A stretch of DNA of 64,000 nucleotides, from the NCBI GenBank assembly GCA_035714745.1, contig DASTLR010000007.1:70205-134204 (forward strand), written 5' to 3'. Shown here piece after piece: positions 42,968 through 51,572 of this stretch (within the stretch, counting starts at the first letter, position 1; each line of letters opens with the position of its first letter). The position numbers were made by a program, and so were the translations under genes. This stretch comes from Minisyncoccota bacterium. Lineage in GTDB: Bacteria; Patescibacteriota; Minisyncoccia; Phycocordibacterales; UBA6065. The notes below the pieces were generated by a model. It saw nothing but the letters and a program-made list of their open reading frames with translations, had not been told where the DNA came from and did not search any database.

Positions 42968-43365
42968 GGGGATGATCGGCCTAGACATATGATTCCCTTT
43001 CGATCGCGCGCGGTAGAGCCGGATGCCTCTATAAACCTTCCGAAAACTAAACGCAAAATCTATCAAATCGCCTTTCGCGGTTAACGGATTCTCGTTCGCT
43101 TACGCGGCTGCTTAATAGCCCCGCCTGAGCGCATCGCCCCTCTACGCTCCCTGCGCGGAGGACCGGCGATGTCATAAACCAGGGATAGATCCGGAGGGGC
43201 TCCGACCCGGATCGAACGGCTTCGGCCGCGGGAGCTCGGCGCCCGTACGTTTCGCGGACCTTTATAGTACGCCCGCCTAAAGCCCGCCAGGGCAAAAGAC
43301 CGCTACGCCGCGTAGAAGCGCACGAAAGCCTCATATGCACCCGAGTTCGATTCTCGGCATCTCCA
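42968..43365 (+). ncRNA. ssrA: tmRNA
   Basis: GGGGATG/CATCTCC-A acceptor with G3:U70. T-arm CCGAG-TTCGATT-CTCGG. Tag ORF 43053-43115 reads AKSIKSPFAVNGFSFAYAAA*. Adjacent to smpB. Confidence 0.96.
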
Positions 43366-43371
43366 CAAACC

Positions 43372-43401
43372 AAAAAGAACGGCCAATGAACCGTTCTTTT
43401 T
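43372..43401 (+). terminator. Intrinsic terminator after tmRNA
   Basis: AAAAAGAACGG-CCAATGAA-CCGTTCTTTTT. Confidence 0.85.
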
Positions 43402-43449
43402 CTTGGTTGTTTATTGACTTTTTTCTTCACACATGTAGTGTTACCAACC

Positions 43450-43723
43450 GACGATACGGAACAGATGGGTGTGCTGGGCACGCTCCTGGAAACAGGAGAG
43501 GCATGGGTTCGAACCCCTTATCTGGTCACGTTCTTTGTCGAAGACCAAGTAGTTATCTTTTTGTGAACGGGCAGACGCGACACTGCGCGCAAATAGATAC
43601 CTAGATTGGATTTTGGGATCTGTAGCATAGCTAGGAGACTTTGAAGCCTTTGCGCTAGTGGAGGCAGAGTCGAAATGTGAAATACCAGTGACTCAAAATA
43701 TCTGATCAGTGATCCGTATCGTC
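43450..43723 (+). ncRNA. Putative structured ncRNA of unknown family with a tRNA-like module
   Basis: Perfect 11 bp terminal helix and several internal helices, including a TTCGAAC T-loop and a GAAA tetraloop. Upstream TTGACT-16-TAGTGT promoter and downstream terminator (43735-43765). No credible ORF. Confidence 0.65.
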
Positions 43724-43829
43724 CTCTTTAATTCAACTGGTGCCTCGCGCACCAGTTTTTTATTTCCCTTTCATAAACTCGGTTCTAACGGGAGAGATGT
43801 CGAGACGAGAAAGGCGGTGCGGATGCGAC

Positions 43830-43849
43830 CGATTCTCGACATCTCCACA
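43830..43849 (+). repeat. Copy of the tmRNA 3' end (att-like direct repeat)
   Basis: CGATTCTCGACATCTCCACA versus CGATTCTCGGCATCTCCACA at 43348-43367 (19/20 identical). Confidence 0.75.
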
Positions 43850-43952
43850 TCAGTAAGCGCTAATGGCCCTGAAACGAAAGCCCATTCTCAAAGCAGGCCT
43901 TTCAATTGCATAACCATATGCTATGGTTCCTCTCAGAAAACCCACATCGACC

Positions 43953-44468
43953 ATGTCTGAAACAAAGCTCATCACGACGGGAGGGGTAGCCGGCATCTAT
44001 ATCTCCCCCACTGCGCGCGGCGCAATGCAATCGATCGTCGAAGCAGAGGCCGTCGCCGGGGCCGGCATCAAGGGCGACCGCTACTGCGACGGCATCGGAA
44101 GCTTCAACGACGTGAAAAGGGGTCGCCGCGGCATCGGCGCCCGCCAAGTCAGCCTGATGGACGCGCGGTTCTTTGCCGGCACCGCCTTCGAGTTCGCCGA
44201 CAGCAGGCGCAACATCATCACAGAGGGAGTGGAGCTCATATGGCTGCTTAAAAGAGGCGGCAAGGAATTCGCTCAGGAATTCCGCATCGGCGAGGCCGTC
44301 TTTCGAGCGGTCGACCCTCTCGATCCCTGCAACGTCCCCAGCAGCGTCTCGGGAAAGCCGGGCTTCAAGGAGGCGTTCTTTGACTGCGGCGCGATCATCG
44401 CCGAAGTGCTCGTCGGCGGACGGTTCCGCGTCGGAGATCCCGTATTCCACGCCTCGAAAGGGTATTGA
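43953..44468 (+). CDS. MOSC domain-containing protein
   Basis: GI.GDRY, RQVSL, RRNI.T.G, F.IGE, PC and G.....V..GG..RVGD motifs. Confidence 0.88.
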   Translation: MSETKLITTGGVAGIYISPTARGAMQSIVEAEAVAGAGIKGDRYCDGIGSFNDVKRGRRGIGARQVSLMDARFFAGTAFEFADSRRNIITEGVELIWLLKRGGKEFAQEFRIGEAVFRAVDPLDPCNVPSSVSGKPGFKEAFFDCGAIIAEVLVGGRFRVGDPVFHASKGY

Positions 44469-44514
44469 TTTGACACAAACGCTATTCGATGTTAGTGTCA
44501 AGTCAGAACCCACC

Positions 44515-44868
44515 ATGAAAAAAATCATCATCGCGGACGATGTGTCCGAGAATCGCGCTGTCCTGCAGGCGTTCTTCGAAGGCCGAGGCTACGAGACGGT
44601 CCTCGCCGAGAGCGGCGAGCGCGCCATCCATGAGCTGGTCGCCCACCCCGACACTACGGCGCTCATCACCGACTATCGCATGCCCCGCATGAACGGCATC
44701 GAGGTCGTCCGGCTGGCGAGCAGCATGGACCCCAAGCTCTTCATCGTCCTGGCCTCGGGCGATATCCGGGACTTCGAGGAAAGGGAGGCCCGCGAAGCCG
44801 GCGCCAAGGAGGTCCTGGGCAAGCCCTACGACCTCAAGCGGCTCAAGGAGCTCTTTCCCCCCGCCTAA
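44515..44868 (+). CDS. Single-domain response regulator
   Basis: IIADD...ITDYRMPRMNG...ASG...KPY. Confidence 0.9.
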   Translation: MKKIIIADDVSENRAVLQAFFEGRGYETVLAESGERAIHELVAHPDTTALITDYRMPRMNGIEVVRLASSMDPKLFIVLASGDIRDFEEREAREAGAKEVLGKPYDLKRLKELFPPA

Positions 44869-44929
44869 AGATGCGGACTGCGCCAAAGCCCGACCTCGGT
44901 CGGGCTTTTTTATGCGTATGAAAGGACAG

Positions 44930-45676
44930 TTAGCTGGCGAAGCGCACCGCCAGATAGATGACGGCCATGCCGAGGATAGTGGCAAAGGTCGTCCAGCGCG
45001 TCGGGTGGGCGTGGTGGCTCTCGGGCAAAAGATCGCTCGCCCCGATATAGAGGAAGAAGCCGCAGAAGACCGAGAGGACGATGCCGGTCGCCGCCGCGGG
45101 TATGGCGACGAGGAAGGTCGAAGCGATGCCGGCGACCGGCGCCAGCGCGTCGATCATCAGCCAGCGCAGGGCCTGCTTCCGATCGCCGCCGTGGCGCAGG
45201 ATCATCGAGACCGTGTTGATGCCGTCCGAGAAGTCATGGGTCAGGACCGCGGCGGCGACAACCGCGCCCACCGCCGTCGAGACGTGAAAGCCGAGGCCGA
45301 TGGCCACGCCGTCCAAAAAGCTGTGGAACGACAGGCTGCCGGCGCCGAAACTGCCTCGGGCGCCTACTTCCCCTTCATGGGAAAGGTCGCGCCGCGAGTG
45401 GTCGCAATGGTCGTCATGGCCGTGCATGAAGAAGAGCCTGTCCAGGATCATATAGCAGGCAAAGCCTAATGCCACCGAGAGCATGACCGTGTCGGCGGAG
45501 AAGAATCCGTCGGCCGCCGCCATGGCCTCGGGCAAGAGGTCGAAGAGCGCCACGCCGATGAGGGCGCCCGCCGAGAAGCCCAGGATCAGGTGGAGCTTGT
45601 CGCTCCAGCGGATGGCGAAAAGGCCTCCCAGGAGAGTAGCTACCAGCGCTCCGATCGCCACATATATCAGCGTCAT
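44930..45676 (-). CDS. ZIP family metal transporter
   Basis: GFSAG, His-rich loop, HSFLDG.AIG, HDFSDG and G.FLYI...DLLPE motifs. Confidence 0.92.
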   Translation of the reverse strand: MTLIYVAIGALVATLLGGLFAIRWSDKLHLILGFSAGALIGVALFDLLPEAMAAADGFFSADTVMLSVALGFACYMILDRLFFMHGHDDHCDHSRRDLSHEGEVGARGSFGAGSLSFHSFLDGVAIGLGFHVSTAVGAVVAAAVLTHDFSDGINTVSMILRHGGDRKQALRWLMIDALAPVAGIASTFLVAIPAAATGIVLSVFCGFFLYIGASDLLPESHHAHPTRWTTFATILGMAVIYLAVRFAS

Positions 45677-45834
45677 ACCCTTATGCTACCGCACTCTATG
45701 CGCGATTGTAAGCGCCCCGATCCTAGCCGGGCGAAAGCCTTGACACCCAGCCATAAAAGCGTAGCGTTCAGTACGGAAAGTGAAACCGTCCTGCCACAGC
45801 GCAGGGCATAACCCAAAGAAAGGTAGTTGGCACC

Positions 45835-46893
45835 ATGACACAAGATACGCTCGATACGAAAGGAACCGAACAGTCGCCGGCGATCCACGACCTGTTCTCG
45901 CGTCCGGTCCGCCCCATCCGCAACTGGAGCGAATGGCTCGAACGCTGGCAAGCAGCCGTAACGTTCGAGGAAATGCGAGGCCTGCTTCACGGAGGATTCG
46001 ATGTCTCCTTGCAGGAATATCAGTATGGCGAGAAAGAGTATTCGCACGTCGATCGCCTGGCGTTCTACTGCACGATCGCTGACGGTTGGAGTGGCAGCCT
46101 CGATATGCGGAGAGACGGGGATTTTCGCCTGACATACCGGCTCTATGACAGCGAGCGCGAGATATTCCGGGACGTTAATCCGTCAGAAGTCCGCGAGACG
46201 CTCGCCAACAAGGCGGTCGACATGCTCTGCTCGCGCTTCTTCAAGCCGCTCGTGGCAGAGGAGGTCGAGGCATGGACGCTCGACAAGCGCTGGAAATATG
46301 GAATCTTTTCCCAGGCGAAAGCGCTCGACAGCATAATGGGGTTCTTTCGGATCGATCCAGGCCCCGTCGATGCCGTTACTATCAAGAATGTAGGCCGTCG
46401 GACGGCACGTTCGAATACCGAACGGATCATACAAGCGTTCCTCGCAGAACTCGCCAGACGTCTCTGGAGGTTCAAGGACGTCGATGTCTCCCATTTTGCC
46501 GAGCCCGAGCGGGCAGAAAAGGTGGCAGAGAACGCCAAGAGACAGGCGCAGATCGAAAAGGTCAAGCTTTGGATGATCGAGGTCCTGGCCTATATCAATC
46601 GGCTCGAGGACCTGAACGGATGGCTACTCGTTATCAGTAAACCCCAGTTGGCGAAACTCAAAGAAATCGCCCTTCGGTCGTCACTGTCCGAGTATGGACA
46701 CCCGGTCACGAAGAGCCGCATGGTCGCCAACCTAGACGAAGCCTGCTATGCGGGATCCGCCGCGGCGTGGTTCCTGAAGCGCCAAGAGCTTGTCAGCAGG
46801 GAGCATTCGAGGCTTGAAAAGATCCAGGCTCTGGAACGCGAGCGGCAGCAAGCGGACCGCCGGATGAAGGAGCTGACCCGGTCGAAAGCGTAG
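45835..46893 (+). CDS. Hypothetical protein with a C-terminal coiled coil
   Basis: 352 aa ORF with an upstream TTGACA promoter. No family recognised. Confidence 0.7.
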   Translation: MTQDTLDTKGTEQSPAIHDLFSRPVRPIRNWSEWLERWQAAVTFEEMRGLLHGGFDVSLQEYQYGEKEYSHVDRLAFYCTIADGWSGSLDMRRDGDFRLTYRLYDSEREIFRDVNPSEVRETLANKAVDMLCSRFFKPLVAEEVEAWTLDKRWKYGIFSQAKALDSIMGFFRIDPGPVDAVTIKNVGRRTARSNTERIIQAFLAELARRLWRFKDVDVSHFAEPERAEKVAENAKRQAQIEKVKLWMIEVLAYINRLEDLNGWLLVISKPQLAKLKEIALRSSLSEYGHPVTKSRMVANLDEACYAGSAAAWFLKRQELVSREHSRLEKIQALERERQQADRRMKELTRSKA

Positions 46894-46928
46894 CGTATTC
46901 TACGGCGCGTGACGATTCACGCGCCTTT

Positions 46929-47303
46929 TTATTTGGGCAACACGTCCAAGCAGACCGAATTCATGCAGTATCGCTTGCCCGTGGCCGTCGGCCCGTCGTC
47001 AAAGACGTGGCCCAGGTGCGAGCCGCAGCGGGCGCAGACCGTCTCGACGCGGCGCATGCCGTGCGAGTCGTCGGCTACCTCTTTCACGGCGCCCGGCAGG
47101 GCCTGATCGAACGAAGGCCAGCCCGTGCCCGAGTCGAACTTGGCAGTCGAGGCAAAGAGCGGATTGCCGCAGGCCGCGCAGGCATAGACACCGTCGACGT
47201 CGGCGTGCAGGAGCTTGCCCGAAAAGGGCGCCTCGGTGCCCTTTTGTCGGAGGACGCGGTATTGCTCCGGCGTCAGCTTCTTCTTGAATTCTTCTTCGGT
47301 CAT
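46929..47303 (-). CDS. msrB: Peptide-methionine (R)-S-oxide reductase
   Basis: GTE.PF, KFDSGTGWPSF, HLGHVFDDGP and RYCMNS motifs. Confidence 0.96.
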   Translation of the reverse strand: MTEEEFKKKLTPEQYRVLRQKGTEAPFSGKLLHADVDGVYACAACGNPLFASTAKFDSGTGWPSFDQALPGAVKEVADDSHGMRRVETVCARCGSHLGHVFDDGPTATGKRYCMNSVCLDVLPK

Positions 47304-47845
47304 ATGGTCTTTAGCAGTGTAGCAAATTTCTCGCTCACTTTCTGGAGCTTGGGATTGATGACGACCTCGCAGTACGGGTTGCCGGGATGGCGGGCGAAGT
47401 AGTCGCGATGGTAGTCCTCGGCCTCGTAAAAGGCGCCGAGCGGCTCGACCGTGGTGACGACGGGCTTGCCCTCCTTGCTGGAAGCGTTGATGTCGGCGAT
47501 AAAGGCCTCCGCCTCGGCCTTTTGGGCCGGCGTCGTGTAAAAGATGACGGAGCGATACTGCGTGCCCACGTCGTTCCCCTGCCGGTTAGGCGTCGACGGG
47601 TCATGGCTGCCGAAAAAGACCGTCATGAGGTCGCGGAACGAGACCTGCGACGGGTCGTACTCCACCCGCGCCACTTCCACATGCCCCGTCGCGCCCGAGC
47701 AGACCTCTTCGTACGTGGGATTCTCCGTGCTCCCGCCCGAATAGCCGGGCAGGACCGACGAGACGCCGCGGAGCATCTTGAAGACCGCCTCGGTGCACCA
47801 GAAGCATCCCCCGCCGAACACCGCCACCTCTCTTTTGTCGCTCAT
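47300..47845 (-). CDS. msrA: Peptide-methionine (S)-S-oxide reductase
   Basis: GGCFWC, PTYEEVC, QGNDVGTQYRS and FYEAEDYH motifs. Confidence 0.96.
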   Translation of the reverse strand: MSDKREVAVFGGGCFWCTEAVFKMLRGVSSVLPGYSGGSTENPTYEEVCSGATGHVEVARVEYDPSQVSFRDLMTVFFGSHDPSTPNRQGNDVGTQYRSVIFYTTPAQKAEAEAFIADINASSKEGKPVVTTVEPLGAFYEAEDYHRDYFARHPGNPYCEVVINPKLQKVSEKFATLLKTI

Positions 47846-47860
47846 TTTTTATAGGTATGA

Positions 47861-48937
47861 CTAATTGCCAAAGGTAAAGGCAAAGGCGCGCAGGCCCTTC
47901 CCCTGGGCGGTCAGGACCAGCCTGTGCGGCCCGAACCCCTCTCCCTTGTAGATATCGTAGAGCCGGGCCTGGCCGACCTCGACGGCGCCCGCGGGCTTTC
48001 CATCGATGGAGACGTCGAGCTTGGTGGGCGCCTCGGCCGAGGCGACCAGGTATATGTTCTTTGCGGCCACGGGGTACGAGATCGTGGCGCCCGCGGCCTT
48101 GCTCTCTATATATTGCGGCTGCACGTCCCAGCCAGAGATCGACCAGCCGAGCGACTGGTCGCCGCGGGCCGCGCCCAAGTACGTCTCGGGCGTCTGGCCC
48201 GCCGCGACCGGCGGCTGGCCGCCGGCGGTCTTTGGCATGTCGACGGACACGCTCGCGCCCAGGACGTCCGCGCGCTCCTTCAAAAGCTCCTGGATCTTTT
48301 CCTCGGTCTCGGCATAGCCGCCCTCGCCGATATGGTCGTAGACGACGTAGCCGTCGATGTCGATCAGGTACTTGCGCGGCCAGTACAGGTTCTTGTACGC
48401 CGACCAGGTGCCGTAATCGTTGTCTAGGACCACCGGGAAGGTGATGCCGTACTTGGCCATGGCCGCCTCGACGTTGGCCTGGACCTTCTCGAAATCGAAC
48501 TCGGGCGTATGGATGCCGATGATGACCAGGCCCTTGTCCTCGTATTTCTTGTACCAGTCGACCAGGTACGGGAAGGTGCGGATGCAGTTGATGCAGCTGT
48601 AGGTCATGATGTCCAGGAGGATGACCTTCTTGCCGACGTATTGGCCGAGCGTGACCGGCTTGCCGCCGGTATTGACGAAGCCGGAGGGAGCGACGATCTC
48701 CTTGGCCTTTGGGTAGCGGGCCGCCTTTGCCGCCAGGTCGCGGACGGGCGCCTGCGCAGCCGAGGGCGAAGTCGATGCCGATGTCGAAGCCGACGCCTCC
48801 TCCGGAACCTGGGCCGTCACTTCCACAGCGGGCAGGGCCGAGGCTTTCGGCCCCGCTTTGCCCATAGAGAGGTAGGCGATGGCCGCTACGACCAGGACCA
48901 CGACGGCGAGCAAGGCGACGATGTTTGAGTTCTTCAT
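47861..48937 (-). CDS. Membrane-anchored redoxin (DipZ C-terminal-like)
   Basis: Transmembrane anchor, TYSCINCIRT, GIHTPEF.FEK, YWPRKYLID and TPETYLG motifs. Confidence 0.88.
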   Translation of the reverse strand: MKNSNIVALLAVVVLVVAAIAYLSMGKAGPKASALPAVEVTAQVPEEASASTSASTSPSAAQAPVRDLAAKAARYPKAKEIVAPSGFVNTGGKPVTLGQYVGKKVILLDIMTYSCINCIRTFPYLVDWYKKYEDKGLVIIGIHTPEFDFEKVQANVEAAMAKYGITFPVVLDNDYGTWSAYKNLYWPRKYLIDIDGYVVYDHIGEGGYAETEEKIQELLKERADVLGASVSVDMPKTAGGQPPVAAGQTPETYLGAARGDQSLGWSISGWDVQPQYIESKAAGATISYPVAAKNIYLVASAEAPTKLDVSIDGKPAGAVEVGQARLYDIYKGEGFGPHRLVLTAQGKGLRAFAFTFGN

Positions 48938-49654
48938 TTATTTGATGAGCAGATTATTGACGAAATCGAAATTGGCCACCCGCGACAGCTCCTGGGTAAA
49001 GACGAGCACGCCCAAGACGATCAGGACCGCGCCAAAGGCTTTGCTCACCAGGGCGAAGACTCGGGCGTGACGCTCGATGAAGCAGGCGGCCTGGCCAGCA
49101 AAGAGCCCCACGGCCAGGAACGGCACGCCCAGGCCGACCGAGTAGGACAGGAGCAGCAGAAAGGCCGAGCCCGGATGCGCCGCCGCCAGGGCGATGATGG
49201 CGCCCAGGATGGCTCCCACGCAGGGCGTCCATCCCGCGGCAAAGGCGAAGCCGAAGAGGAAGGAGGTCAGGTGGCGCGAGCGTCCGCGGGCGCTGACCTT
49301 CATGGTATGGGCGCGGCCCAGCCACGGTATCGGCAGCAGTCCCGTCAGGTACAGGCCAAAGAGGATGATGACCGTGCCGCCGATCCTGGCCAGCCACGCC
49401 TGCGCTCCGTAGGCCACGTTCGCCAACGCCGTATTCAAGAGCACGCCCAGCAGGGCAAAGACCACCGAGAAGCCCAGGACGAAGAAGAGCGAAGAGAGAA
49501 AGATGTCGCGCCGCTTGCCCCCGTCGCTTGACCCCTCCCCCAGTGAAGTCCCCGCGATATAGGCCAGGAAGCCCGGGATGATCGGCAGGACGCAGGGCGA
49601 GGCGAATGAGGCCAGTCCCGCCAGAAACGCTATCGGAAATGATATGTCGAGCAT
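48938..49654 (-). CDS. ccdA: Cytochrome c biogenesis protein CcdA
   Basis: SFASPCVLP and GWTPCVG motifs. Confidence 0.9.
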   Translation of the reverse strand: MLDISFPIAFLAGLASFASPCVLPIIPGFLAYIAGTSLGEGSSDGGKRRDIFLSSLFFVLGFSVVFALLGVLLNTALANVAYGAQAWLARIGGTVIILFGLYLTGLLPIPWLGRAHTMKVSARGRSRHLTSFLFGFAFAAGWTPCVGAILGAIIALAAAHPGSAFLLLLSYSVGLGVPFLAVGLFAGQAACFIERHARVFALVSKAFGAVLIVLGVLVFTQELSRVANFDFVNNLLIK

Positions 49655-49682
49655 GGAGAAAGTATAGACGGCTCGACGCCGT

Positions 49683-49702
49683 ATGTAAAGTATACTTTAC
49701 AT
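49683..49702. promoter_or_regulatory. Perfect 20 bp palindrome overlapping the -35 of the ccdA promoter (putative operator)
   Basis: ATGTAAAGTATACTTTACAT. Minus strand reads TTTACA-17-TATACT-6 nt-ATG. Confidence 0.75.
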
Positions 49703-49723
49703 CGCTCCTGGGGATAGCGGCGG

Positions 49724-50074
49724 TCAGTTGCGCGTCCTCTCGTATATGAGGCCGGCCGCTTTGGCCGAGAGCATGGCGATCAGGGCCGCTACCAGCCAGG
49801 GCGAGAGCATGTGGGCGAGCGATTCCGCCACGACCGCGACGACCAGCGCCGACGCGCCGAATATGAATCCCAGACGGTCTGCCTTGTGGATGTGGGCCTC
49901 TTCCCGTTCGTCCTGGCCCTTCTCGCGCCAGAGGAATATCGAGAATGCGGCAAAGGCCGCTACCGCCAGGGCGAGCACCGTCATGACGATGGCCGGCGGC
50001 ATAAAGCCGAACGGCTCGAGCAGCAGGATCAAAAGGACGATGAGGGCTGCGGGTATGAGGATGTCTTTCTTCAT
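49724..50074 (-). CDS. Small 4-TM membrane protein (DUF2178-like)
   Basis: DERE..H...A.R motif between transmembrane pairs. Coupled to the XRE gene. Confidence 0.72.
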   Translation of the reverse strand: MKKDILIPAALIVLLILLLEPFGFMPPAIVMTVLALAVAAFAAFSIFLWREKGQDEREEAHIHKADRLGFIFGASALVVAVVAESLAHMLSPWLVAALIAMLSAKAAGLIYERTRN

Positions 50075-50281
50075 TTATTTGATCGTAAAGATGTCTTCGA
50101 CGGGGACCCTGAAATACGCGGCGATCTTGAGGGCGAGGAGGACCGAGGGCACGTAGTTGCCCTTTTCCACGGCGATGATAGTCTGCCGGGTCACCCCCAC
50201 CGCCCGCGCCAGATCCTCTTGCGTGGCCCCCTTGCCCGTGCGCAGGGCCAGGACCGCGTTCCGTATCGATTCTTTCGCCAT
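50075..50281 (-). CDS. XRE-family helix-turn-helix regulator
   Basis: [32 protein letters not shown]. Confidence 0.92.
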   Translation of the reverse strand: MAKESIRNAVLALRTGKGATQEDLARAVGVTRQTIIAVEKGNYVPSVLLALKIAAYFRVPVEDIFTIK

Positions 50282-50353
50282 GTCCTCATGATACCCGAAT
50301 TGCCCCGCTTCGCGAAATATGCTTTAATCCTCTTACATTAAGCCATCAATCAC

Positions 50354-50866
50354 TTGTCAAAAGACCGAACCCGAATCAACCATCAGATCAAGGCGCCGCA
50401 GGTGCGCGTCATCGGCCCCGAGGGCGAGAATTACGGCATCCTGACCATCAGCGAGGCCCTGCAGAAAGCCCACGACGCCGGATTGGACCTGATCGAGATC
50501 TCCCCTAACGCCGTGCCGCCCGTGGCAAAGATCACCGACTACGGCAAATTCTCCTACGAAGAGAACAAGAAGCAGAAGGCTCAGAAAGCCAAGGCCCACG
50601 TCATCGAGATCAAGACCCTCCAGGTCAAGATCGGCACCGGCGAGCACGACCTCGAGCTCAAGGCCAAGAAAGCCTCGGAATGGCTGGCCGAAGGCCACCG
50701 CATCAAGCTGGACCTCTTCCTCCCTGGCCGCTCGAAATACCTGGACCCCGCCTTCCTCGAGGAGCGCCTGAAAAGGATCCTGGCCCTGGTCACCGTGCCG
50801 CATAGACTCGCCGAAAAGCCGACGAAAAGCCCCAAGGGACTCTCTACCATCATCGAGAGGGCTTAA
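50354..50866 (+). CDS. infC: Translation initiation factor IF-3 (non-ATG start)
   Basis: RIN.QI....VRVI, GLDLIEISP...PPVAKI.DYGKF and I..HDL..K. No in-frame ATG after the upstream TAA. Confidence 0.94.
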   Translation: MSKDRTRINHQIKAPQVRVIGPEGENYGILTISEALQKAHDAGLDLIEISPNAVPPVAKITDYGKFSYEENKKQKAQKAKAHVIEIKTLQVKIGTGEHDLELKAKKASEWLAEGHRIKLDLFLPGRSKYLDPAFLEERLKRILALVTVPHRLAEKPTKSPKGLSTIIERA

Positions 50867-50951
50867 AGGCTGGACAAAACGGCATAATCTGTTAAGATAT
50901 CCGAACTAGCCTTTGGGCTCTTATTTTTTCCCTAAAACAAGGATTACCAGC

Positions 50952-51140
50952 ATGAAAACGAACAAGTCATTCGCCAAAAGGCTCAAAGTGACGAAGAACG
51001 GCAAGGTCCTTTCGCGACGCCCGGGCCAGAACCACTTCAACGCCAAGGAGTCGGGCCGCTCGCAGATCAAGAAGGGCTCCCTGACCCCTTTCCATATGAC
51101 CAACAAGGAGAAGTCCCGCTTCCTCTCCGGCCTTATCTAG
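50952..51140 (+). CDS. rpmI: 50S ribosomal protein L35
   Basis: MKTNKSFAKRLKVTKNGK. Lies between infC and rplT. Confidence 0.93.
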   Translation: MKTNKSFAKRLKVTKNGKVLSRRPGQNHFNAKESGRSQIKKGSLTPFHMTNKEKSRFLSGLI

Positions 51141-51172
51141 CTTCCAAATTCTAGCTTCTAAATTCTAATCCC

Positions 51173-51517
51173 ATGGCACGAGTAAAAAAAGGAGTAAACG
51201 CCCTCAAGACCCGCCGAAACATATTGAAGGCCGCAAAGGGCTTCCGTTTCCGCCGATCGACTAACGAGCGCGCGGCCTACGAGGCACTGATGCACGCCGG
51301 CGCCTACGCCTTTGCCCACCGCCGCGACAAAAAGGGCGACCGCCGCAACGAGTGGATCATCAGGATCAACGCCGCTCTCGACGCAAAGGGCCTCTCCTAC
51401 TCCAAGTTCATGGGCCAGGTAAAGAAGATGGGCATCCAGGTAGACCGCAAGATCATGGCCGACCTCGCCCATAACAACCCCGAGACCTTCGACAGGCTCG
51501 TCGCGCAGGTCAAATAA
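51173..51517 (+). CDS. rplT: 50S ribosomal protein L20
   Basis: MARVKKG, WI.RINAA and LSYSKFM...DRKI.ADLA motifs. Confidence 0.96.
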   Translation: MARVKKGVNALKTRRNILKAAKGFRFRRSTNERAAYEALMHAGAYAFAHRRDKKGDRRNEWIIRINAALDAKGLSYSKFMGQVKKMGIQVDRKIMADLAHNNPETFDRLVAQVK

Positions 51518-51572
51518 ACAAAAAAACCGCCGAGTCGCAAGACAGGGCGGTTTTCGTTTACCAGTGTGCTTT

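Noticed and set aside
43462-43524. Possible canonical tRNA gene
   Set aside because: The anticodon arm is closed by a GAAA tetraloop, the D-loop is only 3 nt and there is no CCA. Treated as a tRNA-like module of a larger RNA.
43450-43723. RNase P, SRP or retron msr-msd identity for the ncRNA
   Set aside because: No GAGGAAAGTCC-type P4 motif, no SRP domain IV motif and no adjacent reverse transcriptase.
43335-43960. Small ORFs 43335-43604 and 43709-43960
   Set aside because: They run across the tmRNA end and terminators and have atypical composition.
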